Shown here: piece by piece, positions 50,892-61,328 of the stretch
Numbering within the stretch: the stretch's first letter is position 1
Layout: every line of letters begins with the position of its first letter
Made by a program: the position numbers and the translations under genes
From: Syntrophomonas sp.
Lineage (GTDB): Bacteria > Bacillota > Syntrophomonadia > Syntrophomonadales > Syntrophomonadaceae
Direction: 5' to 3'
DNA: 64,000 nt
Assembly: GCA_039679855.1 (NCBI GenBank)
Contig: JBDKUE010000111.1
Coordinates: 16,846-80,845 of the forward strand
Notes under the pieces: generated by a model
Databases searched by the model: none
The model's input: only the letters and a program-made list of their open reading frames with translations
Told to the model about the DNA's origin: nothing

Positions 50892-51878
50892 ATGCAAAAA
50901 GCCAGGCCGTTTATCGCTTTATTGATTATCAGTTTGGTTCTTACCGGCTCTTACTACCTGTATAAACGCTATTATGCGTCTCCTTCAGGGCAAATCGAGG
51001 CCAGCGGCACCATAGAAGCCACCCGGGTTGAGCTTCATGCCAAAAACAGCGGCACTATTCGCCAGTTGACTATCAAAGAAGGGGACTCGGTCCAGGCCGA
51101 TCAAGTGGTGGCCGTCCTGGAAAGAAACGACCTTTTAGCACAGCGGGAACGGGATGCCATGAACCTGCTGGCCGCTGAAGACAAACTGAACGAGTTGCTG
51201 TCCGGCGCCCGGGAGCAAGAAATCGAAGCCGCTCAGGCCAATGTCAATGTAGCACAGGTCAACCTTGAACAGGCGCAGAAGGACCTGGAGCGAACCAGCA
51301 CCCTGTACGAGGCGGGGGCAGCATCGCAAAGCCAGTTGGAGACCGCCCAGAACAGCGTTGAAATCAAGAAACAGCAGCTGGCCGCATTACAGGCTCAGGT
51401 AGACCTGCTTCAGGCCGGCAGCAAGCCTGAAGCCGTTGCCACCGCCCGGGCTCAGGTGAAAAGCTACCAGGCCATTTTGCTGGCTTCCCAGGCAGTCTTG
51501 GATGATCTGCGGGTAAGCTCACCTATAGCTGGGATTGTCACAACTAAAAGTTTTGAAAACGGTGAATTTGTTCAAGCTGGATCGACCCTGCTGGCTGTAA
51601 CTGATACCTCCAATCTCTGGATTAAAGTATACATCCCCACCGACGATCTACCGTCCATCAAGCTGAACCAACCGGTCCACATCAGTGTGAGCGGCAGCAG
51701 CCAGGTTTTTTCGGGTTTGGTCAAGGAAATCGCGTCCCAGGGAGAATACACCCCCAAGACCATTCAGACCAAAAAGGAACGCACCAATGTTGTCTACGGG
51801 GTTAAAATAAGCGTGGAAAATCTTGATGGGATTCTGAAACCGGGGATGCCGGCTGACGTGGTTTTTGACAGGAGTTGA
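50892..51878 (+). CDS. HlyD-family membrane fusion/periplasmic adaptor protein
   Basis: N-terminal TM helix, long coiled-coil (LERAQ... repeats) and a beta-barrel C-terminus. Start at the ATG after GGTGGGG. Confidence 0.88.
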   Translation: MQKARPFIALLIISLVLTGSYYLYKRYYASPSGQIEASGTIEATRVELHAKNSGTIRQLTIKEGDSVQADQVVAVLERNDLLAQRERDAMNLLAAEDKLNELLSGAREQEIEAAQANVNVAQVNLEQAQKDLERTSTLYEAGAASQSQLETAQNSVEIKKQQLAALQAQVDLLQAGSKPEAVATARAQVKSYQAILLASQAVLDDLRVSSPIAGIVTTKSFENGEFVQAGSTLLAVTDTSNLWIKVYIPTDDLPSIKLNQPVHISVSGSSQVFSGLVKEIASQGEYTPKTIQTKKERTNVVYGVKISVENLDGILKPGMPADVVFDRS

Positions 51879-51882
51879 TCAT

Positions 51883-52776
51883 ATGATCCGCAGTCAAGAT
51901 CTGGTCAAAGCCTTCGGCAAGGTTCAGGCTTTAAACGGCATCTCTCTGCAGGTTGGGAAAAAAGAGATCTTCGGTCTGGTCGGCCCGGATGGGGCGGGTA
52001 AAACCACCCTTATTAGAATCCTATGCGGGCTGATAGGCCCCGATCAGGGCCGGGTGTGGCTTATGGACAAACCGGTTAAGGTGCTGGCCAAAAAAGAACT
52101 GGGCTACATGCCCCAGCATTTCAGCCTCTATCCAGAACTTTCAGTAATGGAAAACATCAATTTTTTCGGTTCCATGTACGGTTTAAACAAGGGGCTGATT
52201 CAGGAAAGAGCTGAAACGATACTGGGGTTGACCGGTCTCTCGCCTTTCAAGAAGCGGCTGGCCGATCAGCTTTCCGGAGGTATGAAGCAGAAATTGTCAC
52301 TGACCTGTTCGCTCATTACCCGCCCCAGCATTCTCATGCTTGATGAGCCGACTTACGGGGTGGATCCCCAGTCCCGTAAAGAGTTCTGGGGCATTCTCTA
52401 TCATTTGAACCAGGAAGGGATGACCATTTTGCTGTCTACACCCTATATGGATGAGGCCGAACTCTGCCATCGGGTGGGTATAATCAATGATGGGAATTTA
52501 CTGGCCATAGACAGCCCGGATAACCTGAAGGCCGGCTTTCCTTACACCATCCTGGAAGTCAGGGCCCAGGTGAAAAATCCCCACTTCTTTGCCGAAGTTC
52601 CGGAGGTAGTAGACTCATCTTTCTTCGGCTATAAATACCACCTCTTTGTAAAAGACCGGGAAGCGGGCTGCCAGGTCATAAGCGAACATCTGGCCCGGCA
52701 GCGGGTTGCTCTTCATACTATTAAGCCGGTGCCTCCTTCCATGGAGGACATCTTCGTGGCCCTGGTCAAGAATTGA
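51883..52776 (+). CDS. ABC transporter ATP-binding protein
   Basis: Walker A GPDGAGKTT, signature LSGGMKQK, Walker B ILMLDEP. Start at the ATG 8 nt after AGGAG. Confidence 0.93.
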   Translation: MIRSQDLVKAFGKVQALNGISLQVGKKEIFGLVGPDGAGKTTLIRILCGLIGPDQGRVWLMDKPVKVLAKKELGYMPQHFSLYPELSVMENINFFGSMYGLNKGLIQERAETILGLTGLSPFKKRLADQLSGGMKQKLSLTCSLITRPSILMLDEPTYGVDPQSRKEFWGILYHLNQEGMTILLSTPYMDEAELCHRVGIINDGNLLAIDSPDNLKAGFPYTILEVRAQVKNPHFFAEVPEVVDSSFFGYKYHLFVKDREAGCQVISEHLARQRVALHTIKPVPPSMEDIFVALVKN

Positions 52777-52785
52777 GGCTTAACT

Positions 52786-53709
52786 ATGGATCACATTATT
52801 CAAACCGCTAATTTGACCAAAAAATTCGGTGACTTTACCGCCGTAGACCAGATAAACCTGTCTGTTTCGCCCGGCCAGGTATGCGGATTTTTAGGCCCCA
52901 ACGGGGCCGGCAAATCCACCACCATTCGGATGTTGTGCGGAATTTTATCCCCCAGCTCCGGTTCGGGAACCGTATTGGGCTACGATATCTCCCGCCAGAC
53001 CGAGCAGATTAAGAGCCAGATCGGCTATATGTCTCAGAAATTCAGCCTCTATGAGGATCTTTCCGCCCTGGAGAACCTGGAGTTCTATGCCGGACTCTAC
53101 GGCATTCCACGCGAAAAGCGGCAGGAGCGCATTCACGAGATATTAGACATGGCCTGGTTGAGCGGGAGGGAAGACGCTCTGGTAGCAGGCCTCTCCCGGG
53201 GCTACAGACAGCGCCTGGCCCTGGGTTGTGCCATTATCGCCGAACCTCCCCTGCTTTTTCTGGACGAACCGACCAGCGGGGTAAGCCCAACTACCCGTCG
53301 GGAATTTTTTAACCTGATTCAGGAATTGACCGAAAAGGGCTGCACGGTTATCGTCAGTACCCACTTCATGGACGAAGCCGAACGCTGCGACCAGATTGTC
53401 TTTTTCAACCAGGGGCAAATCATGGCCAACGACCACCCGGATGTATTGAAACAAAATACCCTGCAGGGCCGCCTTTTGGAATTGACTACTCCCAACCCGG
53501 TGGCGCTCATGGAGGAGATCAGGGATTGGCCCATGATCATGGAGGCCAACCTGCACGGACGCCTACTTCATGTGCTGGTGCAGGATGATTCAGGTAAGGA
53601 AGAGCTGTCTCGCCGCCTGGGGCTTGAAGTACGCGAGATTACCCCTTCCCTGGAGGACGTATTCATAGCCCTGTCCCGCCGGGAAGAAGCGAGGAGGATG
53701 CCAAAATGA
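52786..53709 (+). CDS. ABC transporter ATP-binding protein (second ATPase)
   Basis: Walker A GPNGAGKST, signature LSRGYRQR, Walker B LLFLDEP. Confidence 0.93.
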   Translation: MDHIIQTANLTKKFGDFTAVDQINLSVSPGQVCGFLGPNGAGKSTTIRMLCGILSPSSGSGTVLGYDISRQTEQIKSQIGYMSQKFSLYEDLSALENLEFYAGLYGIPREKRQERIHEILDMAWLSGREDALVAGLSRGYRQRLALGCAIIAEPPLLFLDEPTSGVSPTTRREFFNLIQELTEKGCTVIVSTHFMDEAERCDQIVFFNQGQIMANDHPDVLKQNTLQGRLLELTTPNPVALMEEIRDWPMIMEANLHGRLLHVLVQDDSGKEELSRRLGLEVREITPSLEDVFIALSRREEARRMPK

Positions 53710-54815
53710 ACCGTATAATCGCGGTCTTAAAGAAGGAATTTATCCAAATGCGCCGGGATCGGATGACTTTTGCCCTGGTTCTGTTGATTCCTCTGGTTCA
53801 GCTGCTTTTGTTCGGCTATGCCATCCAGACCGAGGTAAAGCATATCCCCACGGTGGTATTCGATCAGTCATTGAGTGAAGAAAGCCGTGAGCTATTAAGC
53901 GCTTTTACCTCCTCAAGCTATTTTGACATACTCTACACCGCCCAAAGTTATGATGAAGTCACAACTTATATAGACAGCGGCAAGGCCAAAGCAGGGATAA
54001 TTTTGCCCCCTGATTTCGCCCGCAACCTGCAGCGCCAGGACCCGGCTCAGGTTCAGGTTCTGGTTGATGCCAGCGACAACATGGTAGCCAATCAGGCCCT
54101 GGCCACCGCCAACGCCATTGGACTTATCCGCTCCCAGAAGATCATTTTGAACCAACTGCACCTGGAGGGAGCCCCTCTGGATATCCGGGTGCGACCCTGG
54201 TATAATCCGGACGGAATCACCGCTTATTATATGGTTCCAGCCATCCTGGGCATCATTGTAACCATGACCATGGTGATCATCACCGCGGCTGCTATCGTGA
54301 GAGAACGGGAAAGGGGCACCATGGAGCAGCTGATCGTTACTCCCATAAAGCCTATCGAATTGATGCTGGGTAAAATAATTCCCTATGTATTGCTGGGTTA
54401 TCTCCAGATTACCGTGGCCTTGCTGGTAGGGGTTTTCTTTTTTGATGTGCCCATCCGGGGCAGCCTTTTGGAATTATATCTCTTGACCCTGTTCTTTATC
54501 ACCGCTTCACTGGGTTTGGGCTTGATGGTTTCCAATATAGCCCGCAATCAGATGCAGGCTTTTCAAATGGCCTTTATGATCATGCTGCCTAGCATCTTGC
54601 TGTCCGGATTTTTATTCCCCCGGGAAGCCATGCCCAGGGTGATCTACTGGATAAGCTGCGTAATCCCTTTAACCTACTACCTGGACATAATTCGCGGCAT
54701 TATCCTTAAAGGAATCGGTTTTCAGTATCTCATGGGACAGGTTGCGGTTCTCTTCGTCTTTTCAGTTGTTTTCGTAACCATCAGCACCCTGCGTTTTCGC
54801 AAAACCGTCGCTTGA
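53706..54815 (+). CDS. ABC-2 type transporter permease
   Basis: 369 aa with an N-terminal TM helix, a large extracytoplasmic loop and five C-terminal TM helices (YbhS/YbhR-like). Confidence 0.88.
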   Translation: MNRIIAVLKKEFIQMRRDRMTFALVLLIPLVQLLLFGYAIQTEVKHIPTVVFDQSLSEESRELLSAFTSSSYFDILYTAQSYDEVTTYIDSGKAKAGIILPPDFARNLQRQDPAQVQVLVDASDNMVANQALATANAIGLIRSQKIILNQLHLEGAPLDIRVRPWYNPDGITAYYMVPAILGIIVTMTMVIITAAAIVRERERGTMEQLIVTPIKPIELMLGKIIPYVLLGYLQITVALLVGVFFFDVPIRGSLLELYLLTLFFITASLGLGLMVSNIARNQMQAFQMAFMIMLPSILLSGFLFPREAMPRVIYWISCVIPLTYYLDIIRGIILKGIGFQYLMGQVAVLFVFSVVFVTISTLRFRKTVA

Positions 54816-54832
54816 TAGGGGAGGGTATATTT

Positions 54833-55447
54833 GTGGGCATTAAAGAAAGAGTACTTAAGGCCTGCCAGGAATTGATCCTGGACTATGGATACCGCGGCTT
54901 TTCAATGGATCAATTGGCCAGTCTGGCCGGGGTCAGCAAAAGAACGCTTTACCGCCATTTTGCCAACCGGGACGCGGTGATTGAAGCTACCCTGAATGCA
55001 TTTATGCAGAGAATGGCCGGGTTTGCCGATGGTCTGATCCAGAACGAAAAGGATCCTGTTGCTTTGATTAAAGCCATGTTTACTGCCATAACCACGGAAG
55101 GGCAATTCGCCTTAAATCCCCGGTCTATGGATGATCTCAGGCGCTTTTATCCCCATCTCTGGATCATGATCGATGATTTTCGGCAGGAAAGACTGCGCAG
55201 TATTTTCGCCCTGTTCAACTCCCAGGGTTATATAAAAAACGCCGAAAAGGTCAACCCCGCGATAGCCTTGCAGATGGCAAGCTCGGCCATCCAAAACGTA
55301 TTGAACCCGGATTTTCTGCTTAATAACAACTTGAGCTTTCAGGAAGCCTGCCTGGATTTAAGCAAGATTATGCTGTACGGTTTGTTGGGCTCCTCCCCTG
55401 AAGATGCCCTCCGGACAGGTGGAGAAAAAGAGTCTCTAAACGCCTAG
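54833..55447 (+). CDS. TetR/AcrR-family transcriptional regulator
   Basis: N-terminal HTH (GYRGFSMDQLASLAGVSKRTLYRHF). Start at the GTG 8 nt after GGGGAGGG. Confidence 0.88.
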   Translation: MGIKERVLKACQELILDYGYRGFSMDQLASLAGVSKRTLYRHFANRDAVIEATLNAFMQRMAGFADGLIQNEKDPVALIKAMFTAITTEGQFALNPRSMDDLRRFYPHLWIMIDDFRQERLRSIFALFNSQGYIKNAEKVNPAIALQMASSAIQNVLNPDFLLNNNLSFQEACLDLSKIMLYGLLGSSPEDALRTGGEKESLNA

Positions 55448-55461
55448 AAAGTCCGCTTTCT

Positions 55462-56910
55462 TTACAGCAGGGGAGAAAGCAGCCGGGAAAAGGCTTCTTT
55501 TATTCTGACCAGACGGCCGAAGTTAAGGTAGTTCTCCAGGGTCAACTCATAACATTTATTTTGGTCCTGGTAGAAGGCTTCTTCCAGGCTGCGGGCAATC
55601 GAGGGATCGTACATAAAGGCATTGACCTCAAAATTGACCCGGAAACTGCGAATATCCATATTGGCAGTCCCTACGGTAGAAGCAAACCCGTCAATAATCA
55701 CCACTTTACTGTGTAAAAACCCGCCTTGATAATAGAAAACCCTGGCCCCTGCCTCAAGCAGCTCACCGGCGTACGATAGGGAAGCCCAGTGGACAAAGGG
55801 ATGATCTTTTACACTGGGGATCATCAGGCGAACATCGACTCCTGATAGACTGGCAATTTTTAAGGCTTCAAGGATAGACTCATCGGGAATAAAATAAGGA
55901 GTCTGTATATAAATATTGTTCTGGGCTTTGGTAAACAACCTCAAATAACCGTGCTTGATAGAACTCCATTTGGAATCCGGCCCGCTGGCGACGATCTGTA
56001 CTCCGGTGGCGCCCTGCCCCTCACCGTCTTGGAACCAGTCCTTGTCAAAGACATAATCCCTTCCTGAAGCATAGCGCCAGTCCAGCAAGAACCTGAACTG
56101 CAGGGAATCTACGGCTCCGCCTTTGATCCACAAATGGGTGTCGCGCCAGTAGCCGAATTTTTTGGCCAGGCCCAGGTACTCGTCCCCTATATTAAAGCCT
56201 CCCACGTATGCTTCTTCTCCGTCGATTACACATATTTTCCGATGGTTTCGGTAGTTGAAACGCAGGTTGATATAAGGCAGGAAAGGCTTGAAGAATACGG
56301 CCCAGTTTACTCCTGCTTCCCGCAGGGGCCTAAAATACTTGCCTGGGAGGCTGCGACATCCCAGTCCGTCATAAAGCAGGTTCACTTCCACCCCCTCCCG
56401 GGCTTTGTCACAGATTATCTGCCTGAATTCCCGGCCCAATTGGTCGTCGCGCAAGATATAGGTCTGCACATAAATAAAGTGCCGGGCCTGTTTCAAACGG
56501 GCAAAGAGGTGTTCAAAAAGCTGCTCTCCATCGTTGAAGATTTGGACAACATTGTCCTGGGTTAGCAGCGATTGATCGCTGTTCAAATGAAGGTGAATCA
56601 AGTCTCTGTAATCTGCGATTTGAGAATCGCGAAATTGAAGTTGTTTATTGTGGAGTGATTCATCCTGGGCGTTTAAAAGTTCATATATACGGTGCTCTTC
56701 TTCTTCTTTCATATAAAAGAGCCGTTTCTTGCGCAGGTCCTGACCAATAAAAAGATATAACACAAATCCGACCACCGGAATAAAAACCATGGCCAGGACC
56801 CAGGTCATGGTGGCAGTGGGGTTGCGCCGCTCAAATATTACAACCGTTAAAATAAAGAAAATGTTTATGGCTAAAATAATATCTACAGCCCCAAAACCGT
56901 AAAAGGACAT
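55462..56910 (-). CDS. cls: cardiolipin synthase
   Basis: Two N-terminal TM helices and two HKD motifs (HRKICVIDG, LHSKVVIIDG). Confidence 0.93.
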   Translation of the reverse strand: MSFYGFGAVDIILAINIFFILTVVIFERRNPTATMTWVLAMVFIPVVGFVLYLFIGQDLRKKRLFYMKEEEEHRIYELLNAQDESLHNKQLQFRDSQIADYRDLIHLHLNSDQSLLTQDNVVQIFNDGEQLFEHLFARLKQARHFIYVQTYILRDDQLGREFRQIICDKAREGVEVNLLYDGLGCRSLPGKYFRPLREAGVNWAVFFKPFLPYINLRFNYRNHRKICVIDGEEAYVGGFNIGDEYLGLAKKFGYWRDTHLWIKGGAVDSLQFRFLLDWRYASGRDYVFDKDWFQDGEGQGATGVQIVASGPDSKWSSIKHGYLRLFTKAQNNIYIQTPYFIPDESILEALKIASLSGVDVRLMIPSVKDHPFVHWASLSYAGELLEAGARVFYYQGGFLHSKVVIIDGFASTVGTANMDIRSFRVNFEVNAFMYDPSIARSLEEAFYQDQNKCYELTLENYLNFGRLVRIKEAFSRLLSPLL

Positions 56911-56934
56911 TTTTTAGCACCATCTTTCTTCTGT

Positions 56935-56956
56935 AACGACGGTTCTTTCCGTCGTT
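56935..56956 (-). terminator. stem-loop between the XRE gene and cls
   Basis: 8-bp stem AACGACGG / CCGTCGTT abutting the XRE stop. The T tract lies on the plus-strand side only. Confidence 0.35.
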
Positions 56957-57160
56957 TTATTTGTCCGGTTCTTTGTAGACAAACAGATCTTCTATCTTAA
57001 CTTGAAAGAAATTGGCCAGACGAAAAGCCAGGCGCAAGGACGGATCGTAGTGTCCTTTTTCGATGGCACTGAGATTGGCCCGGCTGACCCCCAAGCGCCC
57101 CGCTAGATCGGCCTGTGTTATATTATGCAAAGCCCGGTACACTTTTAAATAATTATGCAT
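56957..57160 (-). CDS. XRE-family helix-turn-helix transcriptional regulator (67 aa)
   Basis: ITQADLAGRLGVSRANLSAIEKG HTH motif. Start at the ATG after AAGGGGA; the 20-aa track extension was discarded. Confidence 0.85.
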   Translation of the reverse strand: MHNYLKVYRALHNITQADLAGRLGVSRANLSAIEKGHYDPSLRLAFRLANFFQVKIEDLFVYKEPDK

Positions 57161-57347
57161 GAAACAAAATCCCCTTATTATAGGTAATAATATATAAAAA
57201 GCAAAAATCGTATTATACAAATTCCATTTATAAAATTCACATTCCTGCTGGTGAAAACTTTAAACCTGATCCTTAAGTGAGTTGTACTGGCGAGAGGAAA
57301 AGTAGTTCCTATGCCAGGCAGGAATAAGCTGTTGAAAGGAGAACAAG

Positions 57348-58547
57348 TTGTCAACAACCCATAAAGAATCAGTTTGTACAGGAGCACCGGCTATGAGACT
57401 AAGTATGCTTGTTTTTTTCTCCATTTTCATTATAATTTACGGTTTTAGCAACTACTATATCGCCCTGCGCGGCTGGCAGGCACTTTCTTCTGTATCTCGA
57501 ACCGGGGCTCTTCTATGGGCAGCAGGAGTTGTTTTCCTGGCTCTGCTATATATTATCGGCCGTTTTGCCGATGGAAAACTGCCTTATTCCGATACCAGAG
57601 CCATTATGTTGGGCGGCTCCTACTGGATGGCGGCCTGGTTCTACTTCCTGCTGCTTTTTGCCTCCTTTGATCTGCTGCGCCTGTTAAGCAAGCTGCCTTT
57701 TATGCCTGCCATTGTCTGGTCTGATTGGTCATACCGCCTTTTTCTAGCCAGTATTGGGCTTGTCCTAATTTTGCTGATCTGGGGATCGTGGAATGCCTGG
57801 CATCCGGTTGTCCGTCGCTATGATCTGGTTCTGCCACAAAAATCAAGCATTCATAATGAACTGCATGTTGTAGCCGTGTCCGATATCCATTTGGGCTGGG
57901 TAGTCGACAGCCGGAGGTTGAACCAGCTGGTTGACAAGATCAGTGCCCTCGATCCGGACGCCGTGTTTTTAGTGGGAGACGTAATCGACGAAGGTATCGA
58001 TCCAACAGCCGAATCTTTGATACCTCAAGCCTTGATAAAAGTCCAACCTCCTTTGGGATCCTTCGCCGTTCTGGGCAATCATGAATATATCAGCCGGCAA
58101 GCCGACCGCCTCAAGCCCTATTTTCTTGAAGGGGGCGTAAGCCTGCTCCGTGACGAATCAGTAAAGGTAGGCGATGCCTTTTACCTGGTGGGCCGTGATG
58201 ACCGCTCCAGCGCCACCTTCAATGGTGGTCCCCGCCAGGAGCTGCCCGCTTTGCTGACGGGAATTGACCGCGAGTCGCTGCCGGTCATATTGCTTGACCA
58301 CCAGCCCTTTAATTTGCAGGAAGCCCAGGCCCAGGGTGTGGACCTGCAGATTTCCGGGCATACCCACCTCGGGCAGATGTTCCCCAATAATTTAATTACC
58401 AGGGCTATGTACGAGTGCGACTGGGGATACCTGCGCAAAGAGACCCTGCAGGTGCTGGTTTCCAGCGGCTACGGCACCTGGGGCCCCCCCATCCGCATCG
58501 GCAACCGCCCCGAAATCCTGGATATCTATATAACCTTCGCCCCCTAA
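57348..58547 (+). CDS. membrane-anchored calcineurin-like metallophosphoesterase (YkuE-like)
   Basis: Five N-terminal TM helices, then SDIHLG, GDVID, GNHE and GHTH motifs. TTG start 6 nt after AAGGAG. Confidence 0.88.
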   Translation: MSTTHKESVCTGAPAMRLSMLVFFSIFIIIYGFSNYYIALRGWQALSSVSRTGALLWAAGVVFLALLYIIGRFADGKLPYSDTRAIMLGGSYWMAAWFYFLLLFASFDLLRLLSKLPFMPAIVWSDWSYRLFLASIGLVLILLIWGSWNAWHPVVRRYDLVLPQKSSIHNELHVVAVSDIHLGWVVDSRRLNQLVDKISALDPDAVFLVGDVIDEGIDPTAESLIPQALIKVQPPLGSFAVLGNHEYISRQADRLKPYFLEGGVSLLRDESVKVGDAFYLVGRDDRSSATFNGGPRQELPALLTGIDRESLPVILLDHQPFNLQEAQAQGVDLQISGHTHLGQMFPNNLITRAMYECDWGYLRKETLQVLVSSGYGTWGPPIRIGNRPEILDIYITFAP

Positions 58548-58699
58548 ATACTATATGCAAAAACCACCAGACATGTGAAGCACTATCCATCACCACGATT
58601 CCACTCGCTTCGCGCAAAAAATAAAACACCAAATCCAAAACAATTGCCTTAAGCAAATCACCAGAGCGGTCCTGGAAGTTAAGAGCAAGGCACGAATAA

Positions 58700-58862
58700 A
58701 GCCTGCGTCGGAAACGTACTAAAGTACGTTGACGAGCAGGCTTTGTGAGTAACGCAGCCGACACCCATGGACGGGTTAGTGCGGCGGTGCCAGGATGGCA
58801 AGGAGCCGCCGACGCCCATTGACGGGCTAGTGCAGCGATGCCAGGACGGCATAGAGCTGCGA
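58700..58862 (-). repeat. rearranged derivative of the MITE-like element (copy E)
   Basis: Two tandem core units in reverse orientation (GACACCCATGGACGGGTTAGTGCGGCGGTGCCAGGATGGCAAGGAGC and a second), preceded by a ~40-bp palindrome GCCTGCGTCGGAAACGTACT-AA-AGTACGTTGACGAGCAGGC. No canonical TIRs. Confidence 0.65.
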
Positions 58863-58863
58863 A

Positions 58864-60639
58864 TTAGCTTTCAGGGCCGGTCTGGGCTCTAGTTATTTTG
58901 GCCCAGCTGTCGCGTAGAGACACGATGCGGTTGAAAACCAGCTTATCACCTTTGGTGTCAATGGGATCCAGGTAGAAGTAGCCCTGACGCAGGAACTGGA
59001 AGCGGCTGCCAGGGTAGGCCTCGGCCAGAGCCGGCTCGGCCAGGCACCCGTTCAGTTCCTCCAATGAATTCACATTGATTTTCTGACGGAAGTCAATGCC
59101 ATCCTCGTCATTATCCGGCGTTTCGCTCAGGAATAACTGATCATACAGCCTCACTGTCGCTGTCCGGGCATGGGAACCAGACACCCAGTGGGCGGTTCCT
59201 TTTACTTTTCTTCCACTGGTGGCTCCCCCGCTCTTGGACTCGGGGTCGTAGGTGCAGCGTAGTTCGGTAATATTTCCCGCGCCGTCTTTTATAACTTCCT
59301 CACAGCGAATTATATAAGCGCTCTTCAATCGCATTTCCCCCCCCGGACGCAGGCGGAAAAACTTTTTGGGGGGATCCTCCATAAAGTCTTCCTGTTCTAT
59401 ATAGATCGTCCGTGAAAAGGGTATCTGGCGTTTTCCCATGGCTGGATTTTCCGGATTATTCTCCGTATCCAACCATTCCACCTGATCTTCCGGGTAGTTG
59501 GTAATGACCAGTTTCAAGGGACGTAAAACCACCATCGCCCGAGAGGCTTTCTCGTTCAGATTTTCCCTGATGCAGTGTTCCAGCAGCGCATAGTCAACCG
59601 TGCTGTTTCTCTTGGCAACCCCGATGCGGTCGCAGAAATCCCTGATCGCTTCAGGAGTGTACCCGCGCCGGCGCAATCCGGAAATAGTCGGCATGCGCGG
59701 ATCATCCCAACCGCCCACTATTTTCTCTTCTACCAGGGCCCGCAGTTTCCTCTTGCTCATAACCGTATAACCCAGGTTCAGGCGGGCAAATTCTATCTGC
59801 TGCGGTCGGGTTTCCACCTGGCGGGGATAGGCGCTTAAGGGAAGGGCCTCCAGACACCAGTCATACAGAGGGCGATGATCGGCAAACTCCAGGGTGCACA
59901 CCGAATGAGTAATATTTTCAAAGGCATCCGAAAGGGGATGGGCATAGTCGTACATCGGGTAAATACACCAATCGTCACCGGTGCGGTGATGAGTTGAGCG
60001 CAGTATCCGGTATAATACGGGGTCCCGCATATTCAAGTTGGGGGAAGCCATATCGATCTTGGCTCTTAACACCCGGCTGCCATCCTCAAATTCACCCGCC
60101 CTCATGCGCCGGAACAGATCCAGGTTTTCTTCCACAGAACGCTCACGGTAGGGGCTTTCCTTGCCCGGATCAGTCAAAGTGCCGCGAAAATCCTTGATCT
60201 GCTGGGCGCTCAAATCGCATACGTAGGCTTTGCCGTGTTTTATAAGCTCCTCGGCATAGAGGTAGAGTGCTTCAAAATAATCGGAGGCAAAAAACAGGCG
60301 ATCATCCCAGTCAAAGCCGAGCCAGCGGACATCTTCCTGAATCGAGTCGACAAACTCCACTTCTTCCTTGCTGGGATTGGTGTCGTCAAAACGCAGATTG
60401 GTCAGCCCGCCATTGGCTGCGGCCAGGCTGAAATTCAGGCAGATCGACTTGGCATGTCCTATATGCAGATATCCGTTGGGCTCGGGCGGAAAGCGGGTAT
60501 GCACCTTGCCGCCATTCTTGCCCTCCAGCTTATCCTGGTCAATGATGTTTTGTATAAAATTCACCGGCTTTTGGATTTCCTTAAGCCCGGCGTCTATTTC
60601 CGTCTGTTCTTTTTTAATTTCTACTTCATCTCTGGCCAT
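58864..60639 (-). CDS. glnS: glutaminyl-tRNA synthetase
   Basis: 591 aa with [16 protein letters not shown] and VMSKRK motifs. Confidence 0.96.
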   Translation of the reverse strand: MARDEVEIKKEQTEIDAGLKEIQKPVNFIQNIIDQDKLEGKNGGKVHTRFPPEPNGYLHIGHAKSICLNFSLAAANGGLTNLRFDDTNPSKEEVEFVDSIQEDVRWLGFDWDDRLFFASDYFEALYLYAEELIKHGKAYVCDLSAQQIKDFRGTLTDPGKESPYRERSVEENLDLFRRMRAGEFEDGSRVLRAKIDMASPNLNMRDPVLYRILRSTHHRTGDDWCIYPMYDYAHPLSDAFENITHSVCTLEFADHRPLYDWCLEALPLSAYPRQVETRPQQIEFARLNLGYTVMSKRKLRALVEEKIVGGWDDPRMPTISGLRRRGYTPEAIRDFCDRIGVAKRNSTVDYALLEHCIRENLNEKASRAMVVLRPLKLVITNYPEDQVEWLDTENNPENPAMGKRQIPFSRTIYIEQEDFMEDPPKKFFRLRPGGEMRLKSAYIIRCEEVIKDGAGNITELRCTYDPESKSGGATSGRKVKGTAHWVSGSHARTATVRLYDQLFLSETPDNDEDGIDFRQKINVNSLEELNGCLAEPALAEAYPGSRFQFLRQGYFYLDPIDTKGDKLVFNRIVSLRDSWAKITRAQTGPES

Positions 60640-60743
60640 GAATGATTTTCCTCCTTAGTATAGCTCTGCTAAATAGTTTAGCAGTTATCCGGCAAAATTA
60701 TAATTATTTCCTCATTTAAGGCATCGGGTTTATGACCTTTTTA

Positions 60744-61277
60744 TCAGATGCTCTGCAGCCGGGCTTCTATTCGTTTAATGCTGCTGCTTCCCCGCCAGCC
60801 GACAAATGATTCCTGCAGCTGTCCCTTGCCGTCAAATATGAAATCGCTTGGAATAGCTTGAGCTTTGTATTTCTGGGAGACGCTCCCCTGACTGTCTAAA
60901 ACCACCTGCCCGGTTATACTATTCTTGCTGACGAATTTGCTCATCTCTTCCCGGCGATCACTGCTCACGATAAGCAGTTCAAAATTATATTTCTGCCGCC
61001 AATCACTGATATAAGGCTGCAACTGCAGCACCTCCTGAACACAGGTTGGTCATCCGGTGGAGAAGAATACCATCAATACCCTTTTGCCTGAAAAATCAGA
61101 AGGAAATTTGATATCTTTTCCGGAAAGATCGGATAGGACAAAGGCCGTATCGTTTGCACCGATCTGGTTTTTCGTCGGAGCAGGTACTTCCGTTTTCGTC
61201 TGGGAGATACATCCCCATAACGTACTGGCAGCAGCCAGCAGACAAAAAAGAACCATCCACCGTGTTACCTGTCGCAC
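60744..61277 (-). CDS. thioredoxin-fold (TlpA/ResA-like redoxin) lipoprotein with UGA-encoded selenocysteine in a U-P-T-C motif
   Basis: Track ORFs 61050-61277 and 60744-61031 share strand and frame and are separated only by the TGA at 61050-61052. The joined sequence is ...GKRVLMVFFSTG-U-PTCVQEVLQLQPY.... Lipobox LWGC. GTG start 6 nt after GGGAGGG. Confidence 0.75.
61013..61052 (-). promoter_or_regulatory. UGA codon plus candidate bacterial SECIS hairpin
   Basis: On the mRNA, UGA is followed about 20 nt later by GCUGC-AGUU-GCAGC (5-bp GC stem, G/U-containing loop, flanking G-U wobbles). Confidence 0.55.
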
Positions 61278-61328
61278 CTTTATCCCTCCCGGTTATCCTT
61301 AAGCGTCCCAGCAATTTTGGCTGGCTCA

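Noticed and set aside
55446-55461. 6-bp hairpin AGAAAG-TCCG-CTTTCT spanning the 14-nt gap between the convergent TetR and cls stops, as a possible bidirectional terminator
   Set aside because: The stem is short and AU-rich with low predicted stability. It was noted, but is not strong enough to call as a feature.
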